Below, one piece after another: positions 14,701 through 25,688 of a stretch of DNA of 64,000 nt (positions within the stretch are counted from its first letter, which is position 1; each line of letters opens with the position of its first letter). Below the pieces are notes generated by a model. It made no database searches. It saw only the letters and a list, made by a program, of their open reading frames with translations, and was not told where the DNA came from. A program made the position numbers and the translations under genes. This DNA comes from Tubulanus polymorphus (Eukaryota; Animalia; Nemertea). The DNA is taken from the NCBI RefSeq assembly GCF_964204645.1, contig NC_134028.1, positions 23,804,345 through 23,868,344 of the forward strand, given 5' to 3'.

Positions 14701-14931
14701 GCCCGCGGAGAATGTAGTCACCAGCAGGTGCTGCCACCTATGATGTCAAAACACAAACATCCGGCTATATCTACAGTTGGCATCAGGCTTCACTTATTTG
14801 CAAGTTTATTCAAAGTTAAAAGAATAAATCCTTTGCTGTATGAGCCTATTTTAGTCATGACAACGAATAATATCGATGCAAAACGAAGACATTTACCTGG
14901 TTTGAGACAATATAGTCGCAACGCCAGCCAT
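8762..14931 (-). CDS. AP5Z1: AP-5 complex subunit zeta-1 (SPG48), ~18 exons
   Basis: ATG at 14931 (MAGVATILSQT); conserved blocks QPSTVTEIDGS..FFTILNVG, YTDDQLLNVHSFS, FFPNILKILAWNP, LLDLPCMTAGLE, LFNFILRHEGGHGDTIDR, WIVGEYAS, LASRCQDLIPRVILCLTKI; last exon 8846-8762 (CHKNNTSLAIFLQNITELL...*). Confidence 0.92.
9797..10056 (+). mobile_element. MITE with (C/T)AGGGTG...CACCCTG termini (hAT-like ends) in an AP5Z1 intron
   Basis: Terminal inverted repeats and internal TTCCCTGAC repeats; homologous to 28962-29203 and related to 35886-36106. Confidence 0.7.
12660..12897. mobile_element. Tc1/mariner-type MITE in an AP5Z1 intron
   Basis: TA|CAGTGTGTTTCATAAAATGCACACC...GGTTGCACATTTTATAAAACGCACTG|TA: ~40-bp imperfect TIRs with TA target duplication. 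Confidence 0.8.
13695..13816 (+). mobile_element. Degenerate PIF/Harbinger-like MITE, same family as 24377-24503
   Basis: GGACCCAGTTGCCCAGTCGTGACTTAGGTCC...AAATGGCCCCA aligns with the 24377 element. Confidence 0.6.
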
Positions 14932-15390
14932 CTTGAATTGCGGCGACGAAACCGGAAACCCGTCTATTATTACTGCTCTGACCTATTTGTTTTGATGCTG
15001 GGAATTTCGGTGCTTCTGACGTAATTGTGGGAAAGCCGGGTAAAAGCGCGACAAATTTCCAGACTTGAAGCCCAGTAAGTAACTAATCTTATCGTTGGTA
15101 AAAACAACTACCAACCACAGGCGCCGGGTCACTGACAATTAGTGTCAGTGATGCGGTGACTGACTGAAAAAGAAGTAGTGTTGGCAATCCTGAATGCGGG
15201 TCAGTATATTATAATATTGTTGACATCTTTCTAACTAACACTAACTAACTATAGTATATTCCAATTATTATCATTTTGTCATTCATACTGGTTTTAATCA
15301 TTGACTATCAATTGTGACCAAAGTCCCTGTGGCTGTGGTGTGATATTCTGATTCTATTCTAACTAAGGACCAAGGTTCGAAACTTCAAGA
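14932..15390. promoter_or_regulatory. Bidirectional promoter region AP5Z1/NUDT1
   Basis: Head-to-head genes; probable NUDT1 5'UTR donor CA|GTAAGT ~15075; CCGGAA (ETS-like) at ~14951; ZNF143/Staf-like TTCCCACAAT (minus, ~15024-15033) and ACTACCAACCACAGGCGC (~15107). Motif identities are inference. Confidence 0.55.
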
Positions 15391-16071
15391 ATGACGACCA
15401 GAAAACTGTTAACATTGGTGATGGTTCGTAGACCAGCCGAAATATTATTGGGAATGAAAAAAAGAGGATTTGGTGAAGGTCGATGGAATGGATTTGGTGG
15501 GAAGGTTCACCCCGGAGAGACTGTAGTGGATGCTGCGAAAAGGTTTCGAAATGATAAATCCAAAAATAAAGTCTGGCATGATAGCCGAACCCGAGGCCCT
15601 CCCAGCCCACACTCCTCAAATATAACATGTTTGCTTTGTTTTCCAGAGAGCTGCACGAAGAGAGTTCCCTGATTGTCGACAAACTCGACGAAATCGGTCT
15701 TTTAACATTTGAATTTGTCGGTGATTCGACGTTGTTGGAAGTGCATGTGTTCACTACTACGCAATTTAAAAATGAGCCCGAAGAATCTGAAGGTATGATT
15801 CCTTGTAAATCGACATCCCATACTGTCATGATACATCCATTCTACTGTTTTTTTTTGGGACTATTTTTCAGAAATGCGTCCTCGATGGTTTTCGACCGAG
15901 CGAATTCCTTTCGACGAAATGTGGCCAGATGATCGTTACTGGTTTCCGTATTTACTGAAAGGCATCAAATTTAAAGGTTATTTTAAATTCGAAGGACACA
16001 ATAAAATTTTAGACTATACGCTGAATGAAGTGGAATCATTGAACTTTTCCAATAAATTGTTCCATGGATAA
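15391..16071 (+). CDS. NUDT1: Oxidized purine nucleoside triphosphate hydrolase (MTH1, Nudix), 3 coding exons
   Basis: Exons ~15391-15542, 15647-15792, 15872-16071; [21 protein letters not shown], Nudix box [36 protein letters not shown]. Confidence 0.96.
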
Positions 16072-16304
16072 TCCTCCTCTCAAAGATCTTTTATCTCAAT
16101 CTGCATTTCCCATTGTGTTCAAACTCCTCAAGCAAAAATACAAAATGAAGAATCTCTTTCTTTTCTGTATAACTTTCGTTTTTTATTGCGATCATGTAGA
16201 AATACTCTTTCCCAGTTTTTATACGCGAAATAAAACGACTTTTATATATTTTTCGAAATTAATCGTAAATGCTTTTCGTAGCGGTATTTTACTAGTTTTA
16301 CCGA

Positions 16305-19300
16305 TTATCTCGGAGGATAATTATACGACGGTTGGATTCCGAATTGAGGTTGCGAGAAACCCTGCCGAGGAGGGTAACAATAAGACTGATGCTGCGGTGG
16401 AGGTCCACGCGGAGGCCAACAATTCTGATTATAAATTGTCTGTGGTTGCATTTGAGGCCCAGGTGACATCCAGTATGGCTGTTGAGAGTATGTTTGCGGT
16501 GGCGGGGGTGGGGGCTGGCTGATCCTTTGATTAGTGTTGTATGGAGAATGTGGTGGCCATCTAGTTAATCCAGGCTGTTGAGGCCTCATAGGGGGAGCCT
16601 GCTGTCTCCAATTATGTTGCGGAGCGCGACTGGGTCTTTGCTGGTGATAATTAGCTCCTGTGCCTTGCCACGGATGACGAAATCCTAAAATATGAGAAGG
16701 ATAGAGTTTAAAAATATCTCGAAATTCGAAGCCATGAAGTGTAAGGAATTCTATGTACCTGGATGAAATACGGGCTGATGACTTTGTTGAGGATATTCTT
16801 CACTGCTGCAATATAAGAAATATTTGTTTTTAATATCGTTCCACCTGCGCTACTCTAAGGAAACAGCCAAATTGTGCATTCACTAAAACAATACTTCTCA
16901 ATCCTGTTGTAGGAAATGCTAGGATATTTACCCAGGTTGTGTATTCGCTGAATTCTGTTGATTCGCGTGTTTTTTCCTCGGTCTTCGACGTGATTTCTGA
17001 TTGGAAGCATCACCTTCATTTCCCGCCTCAGAGTTAATAGGATTCCTCGCTTCCTTCAAAGCTCTCTTAGCCATTTTTTCCTGTTCATCGTCGGAATAAT
17101 CTACAAACTGGAATAGAAAAGAGATTACAATTAAAGCATCCGTTCATAGAACTATTCCTAAACAACTCGAACCTTACAGTGTGCTGGCAAGACTCCCGTG
17201 GTGAGGTTAAATGAATAATCCAATAGGGTTAGTCTCGGGAAACCGAGATCCAAGCGACATAACAAACAAACAAATTTATGTTTTACCTTTGGTGGGGGTT
17301 CGTTGTTATTTTCCCAAGATGCATCGGAACCTTTCATTCTGAAATCAAACAAGTTGTTCACCTACAATCATTGTTCGTAAAAAACAAAGAGACTTTACCC
17401 AAATCCCTTCCCTTATATATATTTAAAGCACAAAGTATTTTTCATTTTGTAAAATCTCGTAATAATATTTAAAATATTCTGTAAAACAAAATATATTATG
17501 GTTCTTTGACTGATGCACATGACTGCTGATTCTGGGACATTAAAGCAGTCCTTAAAAGGACTAATGATGAATCCTGAAGAGGATTTATGTTCAGAGGACC
17601 GAGTTCTAATCTTCCATCGATTCATCAGCCAGACAGATTCGTCTAAGTTCATCCATCTCTTCGGCTTTCTTCTTAGCGTATTCGTAATAGACGAATCTCA
17701 TTCCTTCCAGGGTTGAAATCTGTATTTTCCGACTCAGGTAACACGACCGTAGACTTCCACTTTCGCTAGCTCTCTTCATTTGTACGTCGAGTCGAGCCAG
17801 CTTCTGGTCGATCAAAATCACTTTCTGGCAAGCGGCTTGAAAACGTTTCTCGGTCTCGAAGAAGTTTTCGACGGCTGTTTCGTAATCCATGTTTGAATGT
17901 TGTGGTTGTTATTTGTTGTGTATCAACAGTGAACGTTTGATGCAACTTCAAGATTTCACCAAGAATTTATACCTTATTTGTCATGTTGACATATTCAGAG
18001 GGCATCTCATCCTATGACATGCTGTCACTAATTTACACTACTCTAATCAATGGACATTAATTACATAGTTACTCATCATGGTGGGTTTTGACTAATTAGT
18101 CATAGACCAAAATTAAATAGATAATTAGTCACCAGGAGTGATGAGTAAGATTGATTTTAATTGCAACGTTTGATTAGATATGATATGATTAGTGACAGGA
18201 TGTCAGAGAATGAGATGCCCTCCGAATAATTTCTCTGTCAAGTGACAAATAAGGTATAAAATATTGACGAAATCTTGAAGTTGCATCAAACGTTCGCTGT
18301 TGATACACAACGAGTAACAACCACAACATTCAAACATGGATTACGAAACTGCCGTTGAAAACTTCTTCATGACAGAGAAACGTTTTCAAGCCGCTTGCCA
18401 GAAAGTGATTTTGATCGACCAGAAGCTGGCTCGACTCGACGTACAAATGAAGAGAGCTAGCGAAAGTGGAAGTCTACGGTCGTGTTACCTGAGTCGGAAA
18501 ATACAGATTTCAACCCTGGAAGGAATGAGATTCGTCTATTACGAATACGCTAAGAAGAAAGCCGCAGAGATGGATGAACTTAGACGAATCTGTCTGGCTG
18601 ATGAATCGATGGAAGATTAGAACTCGGTCCTCTGAACATAAATCCTCTTCAGGATTCATCATTAGTCCTTTTAAGGGCTGTTTTAATGTACCAGAATCAG
18701 CAGTCGTGTGCATCAGTCATAAAACCCACCAGTAAAAAAATAATTTGAAATTTGCAGCTTAATCGGAAATGAACCAAAGTTAAATTTCAAAAGCTACAAA
18801 AACTGAATATGTTTCTCATCAGACCATTGTTACTTGCAGAGGTGATGATGGACGCACACATTTTATCAGTATTTTCAGGATTAAATGCTATGCAACTTTA
18901 TTGTCCCAAAAATGAATCTACAACCTATCTAATTTGCCAGATACAAGTCTAAATTTTTCAAATCAGATTCGAGGTGAACACAAAATTTTGAAGAACCAAG
19001 ATAGAAATACTACTTCACTTACTGTTTGAGTTGATTCATGAAGATGTAGTGCGTATACTGTGTTAATGTAGGTGCACAGTAAACTGCAGTTCCAATAGAA
19101 ATACCGCTATCATCGATCTGATCCGTGCTGTTGAAACGAATCGAATACAGAGGCGCTATGACAGGTCCAAATGTTTCGAATACCTAGAATAGAAGTTCAA
19201 TTCTGATTACCGTAATTGAGTATTCTGCTCAAATTAGGGTCTAAAGGAGTCTTAAGCTTTAAAAGCATTTTTCCATTTTAGAAGGAGTTTAAAACTTTAA

Positions 19301-20831
19301 AGGAATCAAGGAGTTGTAGGGACACTGTTATTTACCTGGCCAATCGGTTTTTTATTCTCATAGAAGAGAATAGAGTCAGCATCAAGAGCAGGGGTGTTCT
19401 GATGAGCTTGAACTATCACTGAAATGGAGATATGATTTAATCAGTGGTCACTTGAAATGGCAGTGACCAAAAATAGTTTCTCAAATCTTTTGTGCAACCA
19501 GTTTGACAAGAACTTACCGAGAATGCCGACAATTCCACTAACTTGACCGAGTTGAATCATAGTGACATCATCAGGTAGTTCAATGTGTAGTTCCTCAATA
19601 GCTGGCAGATCCTGAATCAACAATTTATAAATATGTAATAAATGAATGTTCAAAGGGGCTATCCGTAAATGACGTCCACGGCACATAAAATTCCAAAATT
19701 TTAAGCCCCCATGTCCACATTGCACTAACTCCCCCTCCCCTTGTCCATCGGGCAAAAAGGCAATTAAATACATCGCATATCCAGTCATGCAAAATGCTTT
19801 TCTCCATTTACTTAATCATTTATTATACACTGGACTACAATTTGTTATTGCACACATTATCCTAAAAACATCTCTTGAACTAAGGCGGTAACGTTAGAGA
19901 ACACAGCCTATATATCATTATCCATATAAGATGTCCCATTGCACCTGTCCCCTTACAGAACCATATTCGCATCCAAACAATCCATTTCCTCCTCCCAAAC
20001 TTTAATTTTCTTAATCAGACAATACATTTTGCTAGTCTTAACTTTTCCAACTTACGCAGAATTAACAGTACACTGTACTTCAGACTAGGCTATATGAAGC
20101 AGGCTTTGATTAGTTAAAGTATAACTCACCTCTGGAAGAAGTTCTCCGCGTGTCCTCACCGGTTGTTTTCTAACCTCAGTCGGATCCGGCGTCGAATTAC
20201 GATCTTCATCATCATCTCGGCCGCCATCGTTATCGTGATCCCTGTCGCCGTGGGCTACGACTACGACTGAGGACGACGACGAATCGGAGGATGAATCAGA
20301 GTCGTATTCGGCACTTTCCGAATCGGAATCCGTCTGAACTTCGTAATCCGTTAAACGGTATTTATCACGTTTCATAGCGACCGTATTCAATCCCGAATCA
20401 TCTTCAATTATTGAAATATCATCATTTTCTCTATTCTCAACTTTCCCATTCTTATAATTCGCTTCTTCGACTATTTTAGTAATTACACAATCGTCATTAG
20501 ATCTTGTAGTATTGACAATCATATTCTCATCGATTTCTCCATTCATTTCATTAGTCACCAGTTCACACTTCTCCCCCTCCTCAGTATTCAATGTAGATTT
20601 TTCGATAATTTTATTTTTGCCGAAATCGTCTTTCTCCGCTGGATCACAATGTGTTTGCATTTCAACTGTTGTTACAATGTCGTTGACATTATGTTTGTGA
20701 ATTTCGTCGTGAACTGTTTCATGGATATTAATTTGCTTGCGATCGGGACCAGCATCAGCATTATTATTAGTTGCGGATTCCTCCATACTAACTGATTTGA
20801 TATCTTCAGTTGATTCTGTATCTCCAACCAT
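16305..20831 (-). CDS. NAF1: H/ACA ribonucleoprotein complex non-core subunit NAF1, 8 coding exons
   Basis: Acidic/Ser-rich N-terminus, RTRGELLPE-DLPAIEEL, Gar1/Naf1 domain (IGQVFETFGPVIAPLYSIRFN), KGSDASWENNNEPP, DYSDDEQEK, Pro/Gln-rich C-terminus. Exons ~20831-20130, 19612-19518, 19419-19336, 19183-19023, 17341-17287, 17109-16932, 16807-16759, 16685-16305. Confidence 0.93.
17606..17890 (-). CDS. Uncharacterised 94-aa intronless helical/coiled-coil protein, copy A (nested in NAF1 intron, same strand as NAF1)
   Basis: Intact ORF, good start context AAACATGG, TATA box at 17966-17971 (minus), duplicated with ORF preserved. Confidence 0.8.
   Translation of the reverse strand: MDYETAVENFFETEKRFQAACQKVILIDQKLARLDVQMKRASESGSLRSCYLSRKIQISTLEGMRFVYYEYAKKKAEEMDELRRICLADESMED
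18336..18620 (+). CDS. Uncharacterised 94-aa intronless helical/coiled-coil protein, copy B (antisense to NAF1)
   Basis: Intact ORF, TATAAAA at 18255-18261 with Inr-like GCATCA ~30 nt downstream; differs from copy A at 2 residues (E12M, E77A). Confidence 0.8.
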   Translation: MDYETAVENFFMTEKRFQAACQKVILIDQKLARLDVQMKRASESGSLRSCYLSRKIQISTLEGMRFVYYEYAKKKAAEMDELRRICLADESMED

Positions 20832-21405
20832 GAAATGCCCTTCACCTTCAGGGTCTGAGGACCTATAGTGAAACGATCAACTATAATATTCTTAACAAAA
20901 ACAGTGGAATTAACGGTTTTGGGATGTAAATAGTGCAACAGTGTAGACGAAACGCAAATTTAAAGCGATCTTTTAAGATAAATATGTTAACTTTTTCAGT
21001 TTTAACTTCAGTAGTTCCACAGAGAGACTTACATTTTCAAATTGATAAGAGACAATACCAATGCCTTAAAATACCAGGATAAAAGAGCCTATTTGCAATA
21101 AACCACACACGTGCCTGAAATTGGATTGAATTGATTTTCAAGAGAATTGTGGAGCCATCCAGTGTATTCTTCACCGATGATATTATTCGAATCACTTTCT
21201 CCTTGCATATAGAAATGTAGAATTGATTCTTGAATATAAGATTTGTGAAATCGGAACAGAAGAATGCGATACCTTGAATTATCTATCAAATTTTGAAATG
21301 AAAATAATGGAAAAGTGAATGACCTTCACCTTTACTCATGCTGCAATACACTTCCTGGTTCTGAATTTTAGGATTTCGTAAGATAAAACAACCCTAAAAG
21401 ACACG
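20832..21405. promoter_or_regulatory. Bidirectional promoter/5'UTR region NAF1/TIMM23
   Basis: Head-to-head ATGs 574 bp apart; NAF1 5'UTR donor AAG|GTATCG at ~21272 (minus); ETS-like CACTTCCTG at ~21349. Confidence 0.55.
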
Positions 21406-22676
21406 ATGGACCAACAAAAGGGAGGATTTTTTGGAAGCTTCGGAGGGCGTGATCAATCAGCCAATATACCTGGTAAATAAATCTAATTTCAGTTTCGAAC
21501 TTTATTGATAAAACGGTTTTCTGTTGCCGAATTTTATTTGTTGGACGAACTAAGTATCGAATGAAACAGTTGGGTTTTTAATTCTTTGCAGTTACATCAA
21601 CGCCGAATTCTGTGATGTCACCATATCTTAATTTCGATCCCGCATATATTGGCCCGGTAAGTTTCTACCAATGATTCCGTGCAAAGTTTTGCGAGGAAAA
21701 ATAAAATTTAACATATTTCCATCTTTTCAGAGTCCTGGATCAGAGTTTATATTTCCGGAGGGTGCCAGCGCGAAGAGAGGACGATTTGAATTAGCGTTTT
21801 CACAAATCGGAGGTTCAGTAATTGTCGGAGCCGGATTCGGAGGCGTTAATGGATTTTTTCACGGTTTAAAAGAAGTGAAAGCGAATCAATTAACCGGAGC
21901 TGTCAGACGAACTCAGATGTTGAATTTTATCGCCAAACAGGGCGCGTCTTCGGCGCAATCGTTAGGAGTTATAGGTATGTGAGGCTGTCTAATACGAGAT
22001 GCTTGGCTCTGACTGGAATAGATGATGGTAATTTTGTATCTATTTTCAGCGTTAATGTATAGTATATTCGGAGTAATAATCAGTTATGGTCGAGGTGTAG
22101 AAGATGAAGCGAACACCGTCACAGCTGGAACTCTCACTGGTCTACTTTACAAATCTTCAGGTAGATATCAATTTTCTCCATAAGCCAGGATTTTAGTGGG
22201 GCTCAGTTCATTCATGTTGCAGTAGCAAAGTTTTGGAACTCTCCGTGAAGATAGAAAATTTAAGCTGTATTTGTATTTGCACAATATGCTGTTTTTCATA
22301 ACGATCTGAAAATAAATGTAGTTTTTCTAACTTAAAGACATTGTAAGCATTGATTGGTTTTAACTTGGGAAGGCAGCAGATATTTTGATAAGAGGTGGCT
22401 TATTTTCAGAGGGGTGAATGTTTAAGTGAGGGGTGGCTGCACTGATAGGGATTGCAGTGTGGCTGCACTGATATCTTGTAGGGATTACTGGATATAAATG
22501 CTGGCACAACGGTTGCTATTTTCTCTACTCCCCATTCACTGTATTATCATTGTTACATCAATTTTGCAGCTGGCTGGAAGAAATGCGCTCGTGCCGGTGG
22601 TATTGGATTCGGATTAGCATCTGCTTACTGTTTATTCATGAGCAAAGACAAAGTTAAAGACATGATGAATAGCTGA
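21406..22676 (+). CDS. TIMM23: Mitochondrial inner membrane translocase subunit Tim23, 5 exons
   Basis: Exons ~21406-21472, 21592-21656, 21731-21974, 22050-22161, 22569-22676; MSPYLNFDPAY, EFIFPEG..RGRFELAFSQIG, RRTQMLN, RGVEDEANTVTAGTLTGLLYKS. Confidence 0.95.
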
Positions 22677-23370
22677 ATCAATGACTTGATGTTAGCGAGC
22701 GAATGCGTGTGTGCAGAGAAAATCAGTGAGTTTATATTGTCTGAGCGAGCGTCTGAAAGATATTGAATTCTTGTAGCAGGAACAAATACTATCTAACGGA
22801 AATCGGACTCAGTAATTTCACAAATCATGGATCATTGTTGACGTCAGTAGTTTTACGAGTAATAGAATAAAATGTTTGTTTTTAAGATATTTTGTTTGTT
22901 GTTGAAGTTCGTGTGAATTTCAGATGAAACCAGTAGATCCAGGTTTCTGATCCAGCCTCGAGATAGTAGACTTAATTAAACATGTGAAGAGTAGCAGAGA
23001 GAATCCAACTCAAGCAGGGAACAAGAGGAAAATTAAAATAGTACAAAATGAAATCAAATACTCGTTTTAAAATTAATATTTATTAAACATTATTAAATGT
23101 CTAAACCATACATAATCTCATTGCGAACCTGAGTAAAAGCATATTCATTTTTGAAATATCGTCATAATTCAGTTGGTCCCGTTAATAATACATGTACTAC
23201 AAATAAGATCATTTATTGATAAATTACCGTATCTAAAATCAATAAGAATTGACTGAATACTTTAAAAGTATCTGCACAAGATATGGTGTCTCCGGTACAG
23301 TTTAAATTAAAACATCAAGTTCAGTTTTTAAATATGTAAAACAAATAATACACTTAATAAATAGTAAAGA

Positions 23371-25363
23371 TCAATGAACGGTAGTTTTACCATTCGGAGA
23401 GGTAAATAATTTACGAGTCGGATTCGACTGATTAGTTTTATCCGATAATATCGGTCGATGAAGCGCGTCCGCGTGACGCTGTTTCCACGGCGATACCAAT
23501 TTGGGATTAGGCGACGCGACCTTGACCGGACCGCGATAGCAGTCTCGACAAACGGCTAAATATTTATCAGCTCCACCGATTACTTCCACCTGTTACAAAC
23601 AATAAAATACCAGTGATATTAAAATCATCGGGCAGCATGTTTAGTTTTGACAATCATGAGATAGAAACTGTTGAAGTTGTGTTGTTCCAAGGGAGCTCTC
23701 TCAGTAACACTATCCTGTAAGGTCAAGGTTAGGTAGGAGGGAGCCACCAGAGGATATTTATCATTGCTAAGGTTAAACACTATCCGCGCTTGGACAGATC
23801 CTGTCCGCACATAATGATTGTCACCACTCACAGAGACTGTGATGGAGGCTGATGATAGAAGATGTTTGGGCTGCCAACAAAGGGTAGATACTGATGAAGA
23901 TGAAATACGACTGTGGGATACCAGTTTGGGTTACGAGGCTCACGACAAATAGCGGGAGAGGCAGAGAAATTGTTTGAGAGATACCTCTTCATCCATAGTC
24001 GTTCTCTTAGTGAATGAAGCAGTTCCGAAACAGATCATACAAACAGCGTTCAGTTTGACTATACTTTCAGCCAACGGAACCAACTGTAAAATATTTCCAA
24101 AACCCTGAAAATAGAAATAAACCTTCGATAACCAGTCCCTGATTGATGTCACTGATGCCTTGTCATCATCCGATATAATCGCGATTCCTACCTTTCTTTG
24201 ATATGTTCCGTCTAAAGCTGCAATGATGACTATTTTACCGCTGTCGGCCATCCTTTCACAGAAACCAACAACATCCGGGAACTATAAAGTGCAGAATATG
24301 CAATTTAAAGACATAACCTTAATAAAGGATGGTTTTAAGGGGCTTGGTTCACATATTCGATAATAAAACAAAACAGGGGCCAGTTGCACAGTTGTGACTT
24401 AAGTCCATAATTGGTCCTAAATCTTAAGACTGGTCTTAAGTTGTTAGATTGGCTATCGAACGAAGTTGGTCTTAAGCCTAAGCCATGACTATGCAACTGG
24501 CCCCAGGATCTCAGGATTTAAGCGGCCGTCACCCCATTCAAATTACATGAACATGTAAAATCCCACAACATTGTTGAAAGACTAAAAAGTTTATTTAAAA
24601 CACTAGAAATATTTCCAACCATCCTTCTTCAACATAAAAAAAATTCTTTTCATTTCTCCTGCACTGCAGAAGGGTCAACCACCCAAAATGTTTCTAGTAT
24701 TTTAAATCAAACTTTTAGTCTTCAACAATTGTGGGATGTTACATTTATTTCATCGCGTACATCTTATATGATCTCACTGGTTCATCAACTATACTTACAA
24801 ATTGACCTTCATCGATTCCAATCACGTCAAAGTTTTCAATTTCATCGACCGTTATTTCGCTCAATTCGAGACAGCCTTTTGCCGTCAATGTCTGTTTATC
24901 GTGGGTCGATACCCCATCCTTGTCGTATCGAATATCTTTCGCATATTTGATAACAAGGCATCGATATTTAGCGATCTGATAGCGTTTCAATCGACGAATC
25001 AACTCAGTTCTGAAACATGAGAAAATAAATTAACACTCATCCATCCATGCAAATCAATCAATCAATCAAAAAGTAAACTCACGTTTTGCCTGAGAACATC
25101 GGCCCAAAGATCACCTGCAATTAACAGTAGAATCTATAATTCATAATCAGACTTGAATTTGTCATTTTGAAAGAAAGGCTGATTCGTTGCTTGAAGGGCA
25201 AGGCCTAGGCTATTCTGCTAGAAAGTGAAAGTGAAACTTATTTCATTTCGGGGCCGGGGATTGGGTCGGGTCTTACCTGTATTTGTCCAGCCGGTTCTCT
25301 CTGATGATGACGATTCATTCCGATCCCAGGTGAACATTCGTATTCCATCAATGACGTCATCAT
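23371..25363 (-). CDS. TK1: Thymidine kinase 1, cytosolic
   Basis: [18 protein letters not shown] (P-loop, split over exons), [58 protein letters not shown]. Confidence 0.96.
24377..24503. mobile_element. PIF/Harbinger-like MITE in a TK1 intron
   Basis: CAG|GGGCCAGTTGCA...TGCAACTGGCCC|CAG: perfect 12-bp TIR and 3-bp CAG target duplication (CWG duplications are known for animal Harbingers). Confidence 0.8.
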
Positions 25364-25688
25364 ACTGATAATTGTGGTTTAATTAGCCGTAATTAACCGA
25401 TTTTAATTGCTTTTCGCGCAGCTTCTTTTGTTTCCTAATTTTGGCGCGTGACAAACTTGTGTGGAGTAAAACTTTCACCGAAACCGGCAGCGAAACCCTA
25501 AAATCCGGATGTGGAATAGATTAAGCGCTCATTAGAATCCATATCCGGACTTTACTACCTTTTTTCGACTACGGCGCCATCTACGGTACGTTGTGAGAAC
25601 TATCCCGGAAGTAACTGTAATGTCATCTTCTGTATTTAGAAATAATAAAGGGAGGAATAATAATCACGAGTTTTAGAATCGATACCAG
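25364..25688. promoter_or_regulatory. Bidirectional promoter TK1/HGS with two E2F-type sites
   Basis: TTTTCGCGC (25411-25419) and TTTTGGCGCG (25439-25448) next to TK1; YY1-like GGCGCCATCT (~25573) and ETS CCGGAAGT (~25605) next to HGS. Confidence 0.7.

Larger units (their letters stand above)
17501..18727. repeat. ~1.2 kb inverted duplication (palindrome) inside NAF1 intron 4
   Basis: Arms ~17501-18031 and ~18188-18727 are reverse complements; degenerate symmetry continues into the centre (~18110). Confidence 0.95.

Noticed and set aside
16064-16522. 152-aa plus-strand ORF
   Set aside because: Antisense shadow of the NAF1 last exon plus UTR; no recognisable protein features.
17513-17716. 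67-aa ORF (and its mirror at 18510-18713) as a second palindrome gene
   Set aside because: Antisense to the 94-aa ORF end, with no promoter signals; duplicated only because the whole arm is.
18811-18822. CTGATGAGAAAC on the minus strand as a hammerhead core
   Set aside because: No stem II between the core halves and no convincing stems I/III; likely chance.
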